Position numbers and translations under genes: made by a program. This document shows, piece after piece, positions 10,530 to 20,693 of a stretch of 64,000 nucleotides of DNA. The stretch comes from Candidatus Latescibacterota bacterium (GTDB lineage: Bacteria; Latescibacterota; UBA2968; UBA8231): contig OZ244561.1 of NCBI GenBank assembly GCA_965217585.1, forward strand, positions 1,376,001 through 1,440,000, given 5' to 3'. Below the pieces are notes generated by a model. The model saw only the letters and a program-made list of their open reading frames with translations, was not told the DNA's origin and ran no database searches. The first letter of the stretch is position 1; the number at the start of each line of letters is the position of its first letter.

Positions 10530-11279
10530 ATGGCAAATGATCTAGAATTTCTGCAAAAGTTGGACAATCCCGAGGATGGCCAATACACGCGATCGCTCAT
10601 TGACCTCATCGATGTGCAGACCGTCGATTTGGAATTGGCCGCCTTTTTCGCCTCCCATATCTGGCGTGGGGCTTCCTATATCACCGGTTCGGGCCCCGGC
10701 GGTATCGGCAAAACCACCACCATGCACGCGCTGCTCAGTTTTGTTGGAGCCGGCCTCCCCTTTGTCACCGCACTGCCGGGAGAGGTATCCTCTATTGGAG
10801 AAACCAAATCCTGTATCATCTCCAACGAATTGAGCGACCATGCGCCCCCGACCTATCTGTGGGGTGACGACCTGCGCGCTTTCTTTGCCTTAGGCAGAGC
10901 CGGTCATACTCTAGTGAGCAATGTCCACGCCGATAACCTCGATGAGATTCACCACCAAATTGTCGAAGTCAACCAAGTGCCCGCAGCGCAGTTTCGCGCT
11001 ATTAACCTGCTCGTTTTCATTTGTCTCGAAGGAGGCAATCCTCCTCAGCGGCGCATCAAGGATACGACCACGCGGCGCATAATCAACAAGATCTACTACA
11101 GCGACGGCAAAGAAGAACACCGCCTAATCTACGACCCACAGCAGGGCTTATTAGATCACGCGCCGCGCGATAGAGAACACGAGCAAAACTGTCGCGCTTT
11201 CTTAGCAGAAATGGTCGCGGGCAAGGAGCGCCGTCTCGCGGAGGTGCGCCATCGCTTTTTACAGTGGAATAAGGCGTGA
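10530..11279 (+). CDS. Small P-loop NTPase, VirB11/CpaF (secretion ATPase)-like core
   Basis: Walker A GPGGIGKTT, Walker-B-like CIISNE, His-box-like SNVHAD. Confidence 0.6.
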   Translation: MANDLEFLQKLDNPEDGQYTRSLIDLIDVQTVDLELAAFFASHIWRGASYITGSGPGGIGKTTTMHALLSFVGAGLPFVTALPGEVSSIGETKSCIISNELSDHAPPTYLWGDDLRAFFALGRAGHTLVSNVHADNLDEIHHQIVEVNQVPAAQFRAINLLVFICLEGGNPPQRRIKDTTTRRIINKIYYSDGKEEHRLIYDPQQGLLDHAPRDREHEQNCRAFLAEMVAGKERRLAEVRHRFLQWNKA

Positions 11280-11337
11280 CTAACACTTTCCATGATGCGA
11301 ATTGTCGTAGTGAAACCTCATCTAATAGGAGATAATT

Positions 11338-12237
11338 ATGGAACGGAAAACCGCCGCTGAATACGATCCGCAACTGCTCAGCCTCTACGATCGCTATGTC
11401 CACGGCGATATTGACCGCCGCCAGTTTCTCGATGATGCGGCCCGCTTTGCCATCGGCGGCCTGACTGCTGCCGCGCTGTTGGACAGCCTCACTCCCAACT
11501 ACGCCTTTGCCCAGCAGGTGGCCGCAGATGACGAACGCATTGTCACCGAGTACGTGTCGTATCCTTCCCCGCAGGGACACGAAAAGACGCGCGCCGCCCT
11601 CATACGGCCCACGGCTGCTGAGGAAAGCAAAATCCCGGGCGTCCTCGTCATCCACGAAAACAGAGGGCTAAACCCCTATGTCGCAGACGTCGCCCGCCGC
11701 GTGGCTACGGCCGGTTTTCTCGCCTTGGCCCCAGACGCGCTAGAGCCGCTGGGCGGTTATCCAGGCACTGACGACGAAGGTCGGGCGCTGCAAAGACAAC
11801 TCGACGGGGAGAAAGTGACGGAAGACTTCATTGCGGCCGCCAAGTATCTCAAAGCGCATCCCGCCTGTAGCGGCAAAGTGGGCGTCGTCGGCTTCTGCTT
11901 TGGTGGCGGCATGTCCAATACGCTGGCCGTGCGCATACCAGAGGTAATCTCAGCGGCCGTGCCCTTTTACGGCCGGCAACCAGCGGCTGAAGATGTGCCC
12001 AAGATCAAGGCGCGGCTGAAGATCCACTATGCCGAACTGGATGAGAGAATCAATGCCGGCTGGCCGGCGTACGAAGCCGCGCTAAAAGAAGCTGAAATCG
12101 ACTATGCGATGCATATGTATTTAGGCGTCAACCACGGCTTCCACAACGACACCACGCCCCGCTATGACGAAGCAGCCGCCCAACTGGCTTGGGAACGCAC
12201 AATCAGTTTCTTCAACGAAACATTGAAAGCTGGATGA
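11338..12237 (+). CDS. Dienelactone hydrolase family (YghX-like)
   Basis: 'VIHENRGLN', nucleophile GFCFGG, '[13 protein letters not shown]'; N-terminal 'DRRQFL'. Confidence 0.9.
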   Translation: MERKTAAEYDPQLLSLYDRYVHGDIDRRQFLDDAARFAIGGLTAAALLDSLTPNYAFAQQVAADDERIVTEYVSYPSPQGHEKTRAALIRPTAAEESKIPGVLVIHENRGLNPYVADVARRVATAGFLALAPDALEPLGGYPGTDDEGRALQRQLDGEKVTEDFIAAAKYLKAHPACSGKVGVVGFCFGGGMSNTLAVRIPEVISAAVPFYGRQPAAEDVPKIKARLKIHYAELDERINAGWPAYEAALKEAEIDYAMHMYLGVNHGFHNDTTPRYDEAAAQLAWERTISFFNETLKAG

Positions 12238-12296
12238 ATTATAACATTCACACCCATGACTCAAGTGGACATTTAGGATAGAAGAAGAGGCCCTTC

Positions 12297-14756
12297 GTGA
12301 AGCACAACACTTCATCTTTCTTCGCGTTAGTTTTTTCAAGTATTCTAGCGCTATCTCCAGCCGCTGTCTCCGCGGACACCGCACCTGTGCGCAGCACAAC
12401 GGCGCTGCGAATCGCGCCGCACCACCTCAAGCCGCCCAAGATCGACGGTCGCCTCGACGACGCTGTCTGGCAGCAGGTCCCTTTTACTTCTGACTTTCTC
12501 CAACTCGATCCGGTCGAAGGCGAAGCGGCCAGCGAAAAGACGACCGTGCAGGTCGCCTACGACGAAGAGGGACTCTACGTCGGCATCCGCTGTTATGACA
12601 GCGATCCCGCAGGCATTGTATCGCGGCTGACACGGCGCGACGGTGAGACAGAAGCCGACTGGGTGTCGATCAGTCTCGATCCGCATCTCGACCGCCAGAC
12701 CGGGCGTTTTTTTACGGTCTATGCCTCGGGCTCAGTCATCGACGGCATCTATGCCGACGACCGGGACAAGGACGAGACCTGGAACGACGTATGGGAGGTG
12801 GAGACCGCAATCGATGCTGAAGGATGGAGCGCCGAGTTGCACATACCCTATTACGTGTTGCGCTTTAGTCCACAGGACGAATACACGTGGGGCCTAAACG
12901 TCGAGCGCCATATTAGCCGCAAGCAGGAGCAGACCCATTGGAACTTGATGCGCAAGGGAGCACCTGGTCTGGTCTCCCAATTCGGCTATCTAGAGGGCAT
13001 CCGCGCCATAGACCCGCCGCTGCATCTGGAGTACATGCCTTATGCTATGGGACGCACGATCCTCGACGGCGGGGCGGATTATTTCGGCAACGCCGGGGTC
13101 GATATCCGTTATGGCATTACCTCAAGCCTGTCGCTCAACGCCACGGTCAATCCCGACTTCGGCCAAGTTGAGGCCGATCCGGCTCAGCTCAACCTGACGG
13201 CTTTCGAGGATTTCTTTGCAGAGCAACGCCCCTTTTTCGTCGAGGGAGCGTCGATTCTCCAGACGACCGGCGACTTCGGGGGAGGGCCGAGACTCCGCAC
13301 CGGCGATTACGACCTGTTCTACTCGCGGCGCATTGGCCGCACACCAGGATATTTCTCCCTGCCCGACGACGTGGTGGAGCAGGACCGGCCAGAGGCCACG
13401 ACGATCCTAGGAGCGCTCAAGCTGACGGGCAAGACCGCAGGCAAGACCGCTTTCGGCCTGCTCCAAGCGGTCACCGCACCCGAATACGCCCATATCGGCG
13501 CGGCGGCGCGGGAAGAATTCCGCGTCGAACCGCTAACCAATTATCTAGTAGGCCGCCTGCGCCAAGACGTGCTCGACGGCACCTCGGGCGTAGGGCTTTT
13601 CGCCAGTTCAGTGAACCGCCGCGATGGGCACAGCGCCTATGTCGGCGCAATGGATTGGGACTTGAAGTTCCGCAGGGATACCTACAATCTCACCGGCACC
13701 CTAGCGACCAGCCACGCCGGCGCGCTAGCCGACCGCAAGAGCGGTTATATCGCCCAAGTCGAGTTCGACAAGCGCGGTGGGTGGGTGGAAACCGAGGCAG
13801 GTTTTACTGCGCTGTCGCCCGACGTGGACATCAACGACCTCGGCTTTTTGCGGCGGGGCGATCTGCTCCAGAGCGAGGGGCAGGTACAGTTTTTCCGCTA
13901 TACACCGATGGGGCCGTTTAGGGAATTCGACGTCCGCCTGCAGGGCGAAGCACAGTGGAACTACGACCGCTTGCTGCTAAATCACAGCTACAACCTTTCC
14001 TATTGGGGGGATTTACACAACTACTGGCGCGTACACCTGCACTTTGGCCGCGAGCTAGCGGCGATGGACGACGACGATGTGCTGCGCGGCGGGCCGATAG
14101 TCAGGCGTCTAGCGGAGGCCTGGACTCACGCCCGCATCGAGACCGACCCGCGCAAGGCGCTCAGTTTCTACGTGCATCCCGATTGGCGCCGCCACGACGG
14201 CGGGCGCTCCTACATGCGCGGCCTGCGTTCGGGCGTGGAGTGGCGACCTCTGCCCAGTGTGCAACTCTCGATGGAGCCCCGCTACGAGCACAGGGTCACC
14301 GACGCCCAGTGGGTCGAAGCTATCGCTGGGTCCGACGGCGTCCACTACGTGTACGGAGAATTGGACAGTCGCACCCTCGATTTGACCACGCGCGCCGAAT
14401 TGGGCTTTGCACCGGGTCTGAGCCTAGAACTGTACCTCCAGCCTTTTATCGCCATCGGCAATTTCGGCGACTTCAAGGAACTAAACGCGCCGCAGAGCTA
14501 TGATTTCAGCCCCTACGTGCTAAACGAGAACCGCGACTTCCATCGGCGCTCGCTCAAGAGCAACCTAGTACTGCGCTGGGAGTTTTCGCCCGGCAGCACG
14601 CTCTTCGTCGTCTGGTCACAATCGCGCAACGCCCACCTCGACGATCCAACCGCCGAAGATTTGGAGTTTCGTCCCTTGAGCCGAGTTGGCAGCAGTTTCG
14701 CCGACGATGGGGATAATGTGTTGCTCATAAAGGCCAGCTACTGGGTCGGTAGGTGA
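12297..14756 (+). CDS. DUF5916 / CBM9-like domain secreted or outer-membrane protein
   Basis: Signal peptide; 'PKIDGRLDDAVW', 'NPDFGQVEADP', 'LFYSRRIG', C-terminal 'NLVLRWEF..IKASYW'. Confidence 0.8.
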   Translation: MKHNTSSFFALVFSSILALSPAAVSADTAPVRSTTALRIAPHHLKPPKIDGRLDDAVWQQVPFTSDFLQLDPVEGEAASEKTTVQVAYDEEGLYVGIRCYDSDPAGIVSRLTRRDGETEADWVSISLDPHLDRQTGRFFTVYASGSVIDGIYADDRDKDETWNDVWEVETAIDAEGWSAELHIPYYVLRFSPQDEYTWGLNVERHISRKQEQTHWNLMRKGAPGLVSQFGYLEGIRAIDPPLHLEYMPYAMGRTILDGGADYFGNAGVDIRYGITSSLSLNATVNPDFGQVEADPAQLNLTAFEDFFAEQRPFFVEGASILQTTGDFGGGPRLRTGDYDLFYSRRIGRTPGYFSLPDDVVEQDRPEATTILGALKLTGKTAGKTAFGLLQAVTAPEYAHIGAAAREEFRVEPLTNYLVGRLRQDVLDGTSGVGLFASSVNRRDGHSAYVGAMDWDLKFRRDTYNLTGTLATSHAGALADRKSGYIAQVEFDKRGGWVETEAGFTALSPDVDINDLGFLRRGDLLQSEGQVQFFRYTPMGPFREFDVRLQGEAQWNYDRLLLNHSYNLSYWGDLHNYWRVHLHFGRELAAMDDDDVLRGGPIVRRLAEAWTHARIETDPRKALSFYVHPDWRRHDGGRSYMRGLRSGVEWRPLPSVQLSMEPRYEHRVTDAQWVEAIAGSDGVHYVYGELDSRTLDLTTRAELGFAPGLSLELYLQPFIAIGNFGDFKELNAPQSYDFSPYVLNENRDFHRRSLKSNLVLRWEFSPGSTLFVVWSQSRNAHLDDPTAEDLEFRPLSRVGSSFADDGDNVLLIKASYWVGR

Positions 14757-14883
14757 GAATCGAGAAAGGGATATTCTATCGCCGCCGCGTGCAAAATCGA
14801 CCTGACGCTAGTCCGCCCCATCTACGGGCTAACCATTCCAGTATTTCTAGGGGCAGGACTTGGAAATCCATGGGTTTGCAACC

Positions 14884-15345
14884 ATGACTGTCGATAGTAA
14901 AAGAGACGGTGGAGCCATTTCCTTGCGACGGGGCATCCTGCTGATCTTTGTCCTAGGAACCATAGGGCTGAGCACCGAACTGCTGCTACTCGGACATTTT
15001 GAAGAATGGCGTCAACTGGTGCCCTTGGCGTTGTTGGCGTTCGGGTTGGTCTTGTTGGTGGCGCGGACGCTCTACCGGGGCGCGATTATTCTGCGCTTGT
15101 TCCGCTTGACTATGCTGGCTTTCGTCTTAGGCGGCATGGTCGGCCTTTGGTTTCATCTTAGTGCCAATATGGAGTTTGAATTGGAGATGTACCCGACGCT
15201 GAGCGGGTTAAAACTGCTGTCTAAGGCGTTGGGCGGCGCTATGCCGGCATTGGCACCTGGGGCGCTGGTCCAGCTAGGACTGATCGGGTTTCTTTACACG
15301 TACCAACACCCGGCGCTGAGCCGAGAAAGAACAAAGGAGAATTAA
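14884..15345 (+). CDS. Hypothetical 4-TM membrane protein
   Basis: Hydrophobic helices; 'ELLLLGH', 'GAMPALAPG'; start uncertain (14860 or 14884). Confidence 0.65.
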   Translation: MTVDSKRDGGAISLRRGILLIFVLGTIGLSTELLLLGHFEEWRQLVPLALLAFGLVLLVARTLYRGAIILRLFRLTMLAFVLGGMVGLWFHLSANMEFELEMYPTLSGLKLLSKALGGAMPALAPGALVQLGLIGFLYTYQHPALSRERTKEN

Positions 15346-15348
15346 GCA

Positions 15349-15981
15349 ATGCAGCGAGTCATCTCAGCCGTGGTTTTAGCCGTCTGCCTCTATGGCAACA
15401 GTGCCCAAGGACAGGTGGGTAAAAACGAAACGGTCCTCAATCCCAACCGAGCTGGCACCGAACAACTGTTGGCCCTAGCGCAACTCGATTCGGCGTTGGT
15501 CGATGGGATTGTGGCGCGGCGGCCTTTTATCGGGATGGAAGCGTTCGACGCCTATTTGGATTCGACCTTGGCGGACTCGGTCCAAGCCGAACTGTACGTC
15601 AAGCTCTTCCTGCCGATCAACCTCAATACCGCCAGCGACGCCGAAATGAAACTGGTGCCGGGAGTTGGCAAGCGCATGGCGCACGAGTTTGACGAATACC
15701 GCCCTTACAAGAGCATGACCCAATGGCGACGAGAAATCGGCAAATACGTCGATGACGACGAACTGGCGCGGCTGGAGCAGTACGTCTTCGTGCCGCTCGA
15801 ACTCAACAGCGCCAGCGAGGCAGACTTCCTCACGATCCCAGGAGTTGGCAAGCGCATGGCGCACGAGTTTGACGAATATCGTCCTTACAAAAGCATGGAC
15901 CAATGGCGACGAGAAATCGGCAAATACGTCGATGACGACGAACTGGCGAGACTGGAACGGTATGTGTTTCTTCAAGAATAA
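15349..15981 (+). CDS. Secreted helix-hairpin-helix (ComEA-like) protein with an internal duplication
   Basis: Signal peptide; two 'LNxAS..L..PGVGKRMAHEFDEYRPY' units. Confidence 0.75.
   Translation: MQRVISAVVLAVCLYGNSAQGQVGKNETVLNPNRAGTEQLLALAQLDSALVDGIVARRPFIGMEAFDAYLDSTLADSVQAELYVKLFLPINLNTASDAEMKLVPGVGKRMAHEFDEYRPYKSMTQWRREIGKYVDDDELARLEQYVFVPLELNSASEADFLTIPGVGKRMAHEFDEYRPYKSMDQWRREIGKYVDDDELARLERYVFLQE
15661..15948 (+). repeat. 180-bp-period intragenic duplication
   Basis: 15661-15768 vs 15841-15948: 5 mismatches in 108 bp by manual alignment. Confidence 0.9.
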
Positions 15982-16018
15982 GCCCTAGGGTCGCTTACCA
16001 CGGGAGACCTAGGAGCCG

Positions 16019-16306
16019 ATGGAACAACTCTTTGACGTGATTCGACAACTGGTCGCCGAGGAACGTTATGTCGTCGGTCAGCACGTCTCCGAGCGGTTGG
16101 AAGAGCGCGGTATCATGGAGTGGCAGGTGGTCGCAGGGGTGGAGGACGGCGAATTGATCGCCGAGCGGCCAGACGCGATGCCCAACCCGGCTGTCGAAAT
16201 GCGTGAATCATTGCCCGACGGTACGGAGTACAAGGCCGTTTGGTCTCATCTGCGTCAAACGGGTGTCGCCAAACTGGTAACCGTGCATTTTTTTGATGGA
16301 GGTTAA
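16019..16306 (+). CDS. DUF4258-like putative toxin
   Basis: 'YVVGQHVSERLEERGI', C-terminal 'KLVTVHF'. Confidence 0.6.
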   Translation: MEQLFDVIRQLVAEERYVVGQHVSERLEERGIMEWQVVAGVEDGELIAERPDAMPNPAVEMRESLPDGTEYKAVWSHLRQTGVAKLVTVHFFDGG

Positions 16307-16309
16307 ACC

Positions 16310-16537
16310 ATGAGTATTCCCGGACAGCGAATCAAGCGAACGCGACTGATTCAGACTGATAAGTTTGTGGTTGCGGTAGAGGTCGAGATGGTCGTCCCAG
16401 CCGATGACCCGAATGAGCCGTGCTATGAATCTGAAACGATTCAACTCCTGCGGCAGATCAAGGAGCACGCCGAACGGGAAGATGTGGCTTGGTTGACCAA
16501 AAAAGGCAAAGTGTACGCTGCCGTGGATGCAGCGTAA
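16310..16537 (+). CDS. Small putative antitoxin / hypothetical protein
   Basis: 75 aa directly downstream with GGAGG RBS. Confidence 0.55.
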   Translation: MSIPGQRIKRTRLIQTDKFVVAVEVEMVVPADDPNEPCYESETIQLLRQIKEHAEREDVAWLTKKGKVYAAVDAA

Positions 16538-16548
16538 GATTTTATACC

Positions 16549-17127
16549 ATGACCAAAACCGACCGCAAAAAACAAATCATCGAGCAGGCGACCCGCCTCT
16601 TCGCGTCCAAGCGCTTCGACGAAGTGCTGATGGACGACATCGCCCAACAAGCCGGCGTCGGCAAGGGGACGATCTACACGTACTTTGCCGACAAGGAGGG
16701 ACTCTACTTCGCGGTGGTCTTCGACGGAATCTCCCGCCTCAACGAGAAGCTCCAATCGCACACCGACCGCCAACAGGATCCCGAAGAGGAACTCCGGCGG
16801 ATGGTCCACGCCATCGTCTCCTTCTTCAGCCAGAACCGCTTCTTCTTCCGCCTGATGTCGCAGGAGGACGGCAAGAGCGAGGACGGCAGGGGCGAAAACC
16901 GCAAGCGCTGGCGCGAAGAACGGCACATCCAGTTCGCAGCGATCGAGACGGTCCTGCAAAAAGGTGCTGAAGAGGGTGTCTTCTCCGTCGAGCACCCGAA
17001 GGTCGAAGCCGCTATCCTCCGCGACATGGTGCGCTCGGTGATGATCCACGCGAGGGGCATGGGCGTCGAGGCGATGGTCGATACCATCATGCGGATCTTC
17101 CTCCAAGGCGTGCGCAAGACGCCCTGA
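16549..17127 (+). CDS. TetR/AcrR family transcriptional regulator
   Basis: HTH 'MDDIAQQAGVGKGTIYTYFADKEGLY'. Confidence 0.92.
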   Translation: MTKTDRKKQIIEQATRLFASKRFDEVLMDDIAQQAGVGKGTIYTYFADKEGLYFAVVFDGISRLNEKLQSHTDRQQDPEEELRRMVHAIVSFFSQNRFFFRLMSQEDGKSEDGRGENRKRWREERHIQFAAIETVLQKGAEEGVFSVEHPKVEAAILRDMVRSVMIHARGMGVEAMVDTIMRIFLQGVRKTP

Positions 17128-17155
17128 GCGACGCTCGCGCTATCTCATAATCCCC

Positions 17156-18763
17156 TCAAAACTGCCGCTCGCCGTCGATAGCGGCGTCCCAGCGCTGCGA
17201 ATAGAGATAATCCATCGCAGCCTGCGTAGCTGTGGGCGAGCCAATCTGTTGCAGAGCACTGAGCGCGAACGCGCCCACGTGACCGCAGGGATCGTCGAGT
17301 GCCCTGAAGAGTTGGCCTTCTAACGGAGCTGCGGCTTGGCCGAGCTGGGCGCACGCTATCGCGGCGTTGGTCCGCACTTGGTCGCGGGGCACCCAGCGGC
17401 GGCCGGCTTCCTCCCGCCAGTCTGGGTGGTCGGCCAAGAGCATTCGCCCTAATGCTTCCACTGGTACGCCTTGCGCGATATTGCCCAGCGCGACGAGGAC
17501 CGTGCGCACCAAGCGATGCGAACCAGCTTCGAGGCTCCGCGTCAGCGCCGGGACTGCTGCCACCGCGTGCGAATCCATCTCGCCGAGGGCAAAGGCGGCG
17601 TTGACTTGAGTCCACTCACTTTCGTCGGTCAACAACGCGCAGAGCGCTTCGACCGCGGGTTCGCCGACCGCTGCCAGGGCTTGCGCCGCATCTTCCATGT
17701 TAGTCGCTCCCTCGTTCCAAGCGGGCGGGGCCTCGTGTTGGTCGGCCTCGCGACCTGCTGCGCGCAAGGCTTGGGCCAGCGGCGCGACCGCTGGCTCACC
17801 GATCGCGCCCAGCGCGTAGGTCGCTGCCGTGCGCATGGCCTGGTGATCGGTGCCCAAGCACTCTAAGAGCACTGGCACGGCCGCGGCCGCATCGACGCCC
17901 CAACCGGCCAACTGCTGTGCCGCCGCCAGCCGCTGCGCTAAATCCACCTCTGGATCGAGCTGAGCGATGAGCGCCGGCACATCCCCAGCGGCCTGTGGCC
18001 AGCTATCGTAGCGGTCTCGCTTGCCGCAGAGCCAGTCCCAAGTGTGCGCCCAAGCCAGTTCCAGACCGTAGGGAACCTCAATCCGTTGGGGCTTTTGCCA
18101 GTGCATGCTTTTGCAGTCCCAAGTCGGTGCCATCGGCTCGGAGGCCCGCATGTAGATGAATTTGATCATGTGCCGATGCATCGGCAGCAGGCTGACGCCG
18201 GCTGCGTGGCCCACATCGAAGTGCGTCAGCGACACCGTGCCAGCCCGGCCGGCCAATGGCAAGGCGCGCGCCCGGTCCTCGTCGGTCAGTCCGCGATTGA
18301 ACTGCGTACCCGGGATCACATGCGTCGGCCCCAATTCGACTGGCGAATCCTGCGGATAGTACATGATCCGCGCATAGCGCAGATAGTGCTGGCGCGGGTG
18401 GCCCATAGGCGTGTACCCATCCTGATGGCAATTGCGGCGCAGCCTTTCCTCGGCCGCGGCCGCGGGCACAGGTTCCTCCGTCGGCTTGAGCGGATGGCAG
18501 TAGCGGTGCGGATGCTCCAAGTAGTTCGGGCCTAAGACGCTAATGAGCGCGCCGCGCACCTCGGGCGAGTTGAGCACGTGGCGCATAGCGGGCACGCGCG
18601 GCAGGATATTGTTGCCCGGGTTTAGCTCAGAGTCGATGATTTGGTTGAGCCGCTCATAGCACGCTTCGTGCGTCCCCTCGGGCACGGTCGGCTCAAAAAC
18701 CAGATAGCCATTGACGATAAACTCGCGCATCTGCTCGTCGGTAAGCAGGATCGGGTCGGTCAT
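17156..18763 (-). CDS. Phytanoyl-CoA dioxygenase (PhyH)-like domain fused to HEAT/PBS-lyase repeats
   Basis: 'FIVNGYL', HxD 'CHQDG', 'GPTHVIPGT', distal His 'DVGHAA'; repeated 'ALG.IG..AV..L' units. Confidence 0.8.
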   Translation of the reverse strand: MTDPILLTDEQMREFIVNGYLVFEPTVPEGTHEACYERLNQIIDSELNPGNNILPRVPAMRHVLNSPEVRGALISVLGPNYLEHPHRYCHPLKPTEEPVPAAAAEERLRRNCHQDGYTPMGHPRQHYLRYARIMYYPQDSPVELGPTHVIPGTQFNRGLTDEDRARALPLAGRAGTVSLTHFDVGHAAGVSLLPMHRHMIKFIYMRASEPMAPTWDCKSMHWQKPQRIEVPYGLELAWAHTWDWLCGKRDRYDSWPQAAGDVPALIAQLDPEVDLAQRLAAAQQLAGWGVDAAAAVPVLLECLGTDHQAMRTAATYALGAIGEPAVAPLAQALRAAGREADQHEAPPAWNEGATNMEDAAQALAAVGEPAVEALCALLTDESEWTQVNAAFALGEMDSHAVAAVPALTRSLEAGSHRLVRTVLVALGNIAQGVPVEALGRMLLADHPDWREEAGRRWVPRDQVRTNAAIACAQLGQAAAPLEGQLFRALDDPCGHVGAFALSALQQIGSPTATQAAMDYLYSQRWDAAIDGERQF

Positions 18764-18797
18764 AATGCAAACTCCTTTATGGAAGTGTCCATGCCAT

Positions 18798-20693
18798 TCA
18801 AATCCGCACCTTCAGGGCCTCGGCCTTTAGCTCTTCGCAGCGGCGCGGCGCGTAGGGGGGCTGTTGGGTCTCGCGCAAATCAAAGCCAAAGGCGCGCTTG
18901 CTCAAGACGATGACCGGCGGCGCTTGAATCCGCTTGAAGTAGTTGATCCGCACTTGGCGCTCCACCCATTCGAGATCTTCGATCCAACTGCGCGCATCCG
19001 GGAAGTACGCGCGAAAGCGCGCCACGTCGTCCCACCCCAACCGCTCTAGCAGCACGCCCTCTATAAACCACTGCAACAAATCGCTGCTGTGCCGCCGGTA
19101 TTCGATGAACTGCCGCAGCACGGCGTCGTGGTATCCGTACTTGATCGGGTCGCCCAAACCCTGCGTCACATCTTGGGCCGCAGACAGCTCGGCACTAGGC
19201 ACCACCGAGCCGTCGAGCAAATTCTCCGGCACCACGGCGCGGCCATAGACATCTTCGTTGAGAAAGCGCGCCAGCGCAAAGACCTGCACCTTGTACAGGT
19301 CGGCAATCGGAGCCACCGCACCGCTGACATCCCCGTAGAGCGTGGCGTAGCCCAAAGCGACCTCGGTCTTGTTGCCGTTGGACGTGAACACGAGTCCGTA
19401 TTTGGCCGCTAAGCCGGAGAGCACATCGGCAAAGCGGATGCGCGCCTGCACGTTCTCATCCACCAACCGAGTGTACTCGCCCCGACTCACGGAAAATTCC
19501 GCTCCCTGCACGAGCGCGGCTACGGCCTCGTACAGCGATTCGATCGGGCAGCATAGATAATCAACGCCCAGCGCAGCGCACAGCGAACGGGCATTGTCTT
19601 GGGTAACGGCGGCGTTGAAGCGCGTCGGCATGTTGACTGCAAACACGCGCTCCGGGCCAAAGGCGCGCTCCAGCAGACAGCAGACCACGCTGGAGTCCAC
19701 GCCGCCGCTCGCCGCAATGAGGAACTTGCTCTCTGCGCCGCGCACGTCGTCTAGGTGCCGCAGTCCGGTGAGGATGCCCGCGTACTGGGCTTCGATTTCG
19801 CTTTGGGGCGACGCGATCTCGGCGTGGCTGGTGAGCACGAGCTGTTCCCGCCACGGACGGGCGCGGCACGCAATGTGCCCGCTAGCCGCGTACGCAGTGC
19901 TGTCGCCGTCAAACACAATAATGTTCTTGCCGTTGTTTTGCGCCCCAACTTGGTTGACATAGAAGAAAGGCAGGGGCGAGCGCGCGAGGATCTGGCGCAC
20001 CACGCGGTTGCGCTTGTCGCTTTTCTGCCAAGTAAAGGGCGAGGACGAAAGGTTGAATACGGCTTCAGCGCCGCGACGGCGATATAGCGCCAGCGTGTCG
20101 AGAGGCTCACCGCGGCGGCAGTAGTCCTCGCACCACATGTCCTCGCACAGTTGCACGCCAAAGCCAAAGGACCGCCCGTCCTCGAGCCGCACCCTGTACG
20201 GATGCAGCCAGTCCTCCAGCGACCGGCCCTCAGCCTCAGCCAGATGGCGCAGCGAGAAGAAGTGCCGGTCGTCGTCAAAAAATCGGTAGTTGGGATGCAG
20301 GGTCTTGGGCTGGACGCCGCAGGGCAGCCCGGCGGGCACGGCTTCGCGCACTACGTATGCGCCGTTGGAGCACACATAGACGGCATTGTACTTGCGCCGC
20401 CGTCCATCCTGGCCCTTGTGAACTGGATCCACCGCCACGTTGCCAAAGACCACGGTTAGCCCGGTGCTGGCCCGGCAGATCTCGTCGCTGTACGCGGCAA
20501 AATCCTCGACATACGCGTCTAGCTCCCACAAGTCGCCGAGGATATAGCCACTAATGCACAGCTCGGAAAAGACCACGATCTCAGCGCCAGCCGCCCGCGC
20601 CTGCTCGATAAAGGCCAGCATCCGCTCGGCATTCAGGTCGGGTCGCCCGGGCTTGACCTCCATCTGCACCAAGGCGATTGCGGGCAGGCCCAT
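18798..20693 (-). CDS. nadE: Glutamine-dependent NAD+ synthetase
   Basis: Nitrilase triad (FSELC, K, LCEDMW) plus 'SGGVDS', 'ENVQARIR', 'GYATLYGD', 'PSAEL'; ATG at 20693 overlaps the upstream stop. Confidence 0.93.
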   Translation of the reverse strand: MGLPAIALVQMEVKPGRPDLNAERMLAFIEQARAAGAEIVVFSELCISGYILGDLWELDAYVEDFAAYSDEICRASTGLTVVFGNVAVDPVHKGQDGRRRKYNAVYVCSNGAYVVREAVPAGLPCGVQPKTLHPNYRFFDDDRHFFSLRHLAEAEGRSLEDWLHPYRVRLEDGRSFGFGVQLCEDMWCEDYCRRGEPLDTLALYRRRGAEAVFNLSSSPFTWQKSDKRNRVVRQILARSPLPFFYVNQVGAQNNGKNIIVFDGDSTAYAASGHIACRARPWREQLVLTSHAEIASPQSEIEAQYAGILTGLRHLDDVRGAESKFLIAASGGVDSSVVCCLLERAFGPERVFAVNMPTRFNAAVTQDNARSLCAALGVDYLCCPIESLYEAVAALVQGAEFSVSRGEYTRLVDENVQARIRFADVLSGLAAKYGLVFTSNGNKTEVALGYATLYGDVSGAVAPIADLYKVQVFALARFLNEDVYGRAVVPENLLDGSVVPSAELSAAQDVTQGLGDPIKYGYHDAVLRQFIEYRRHSSDLLQWFIEGVLLERLGWDDVARFRAYFPDARSWIEDLEWVERQVRINYFKRIQAPPVIVLSKRAFGFDLRETQQPPYAPRRCEELKAEALKVRI

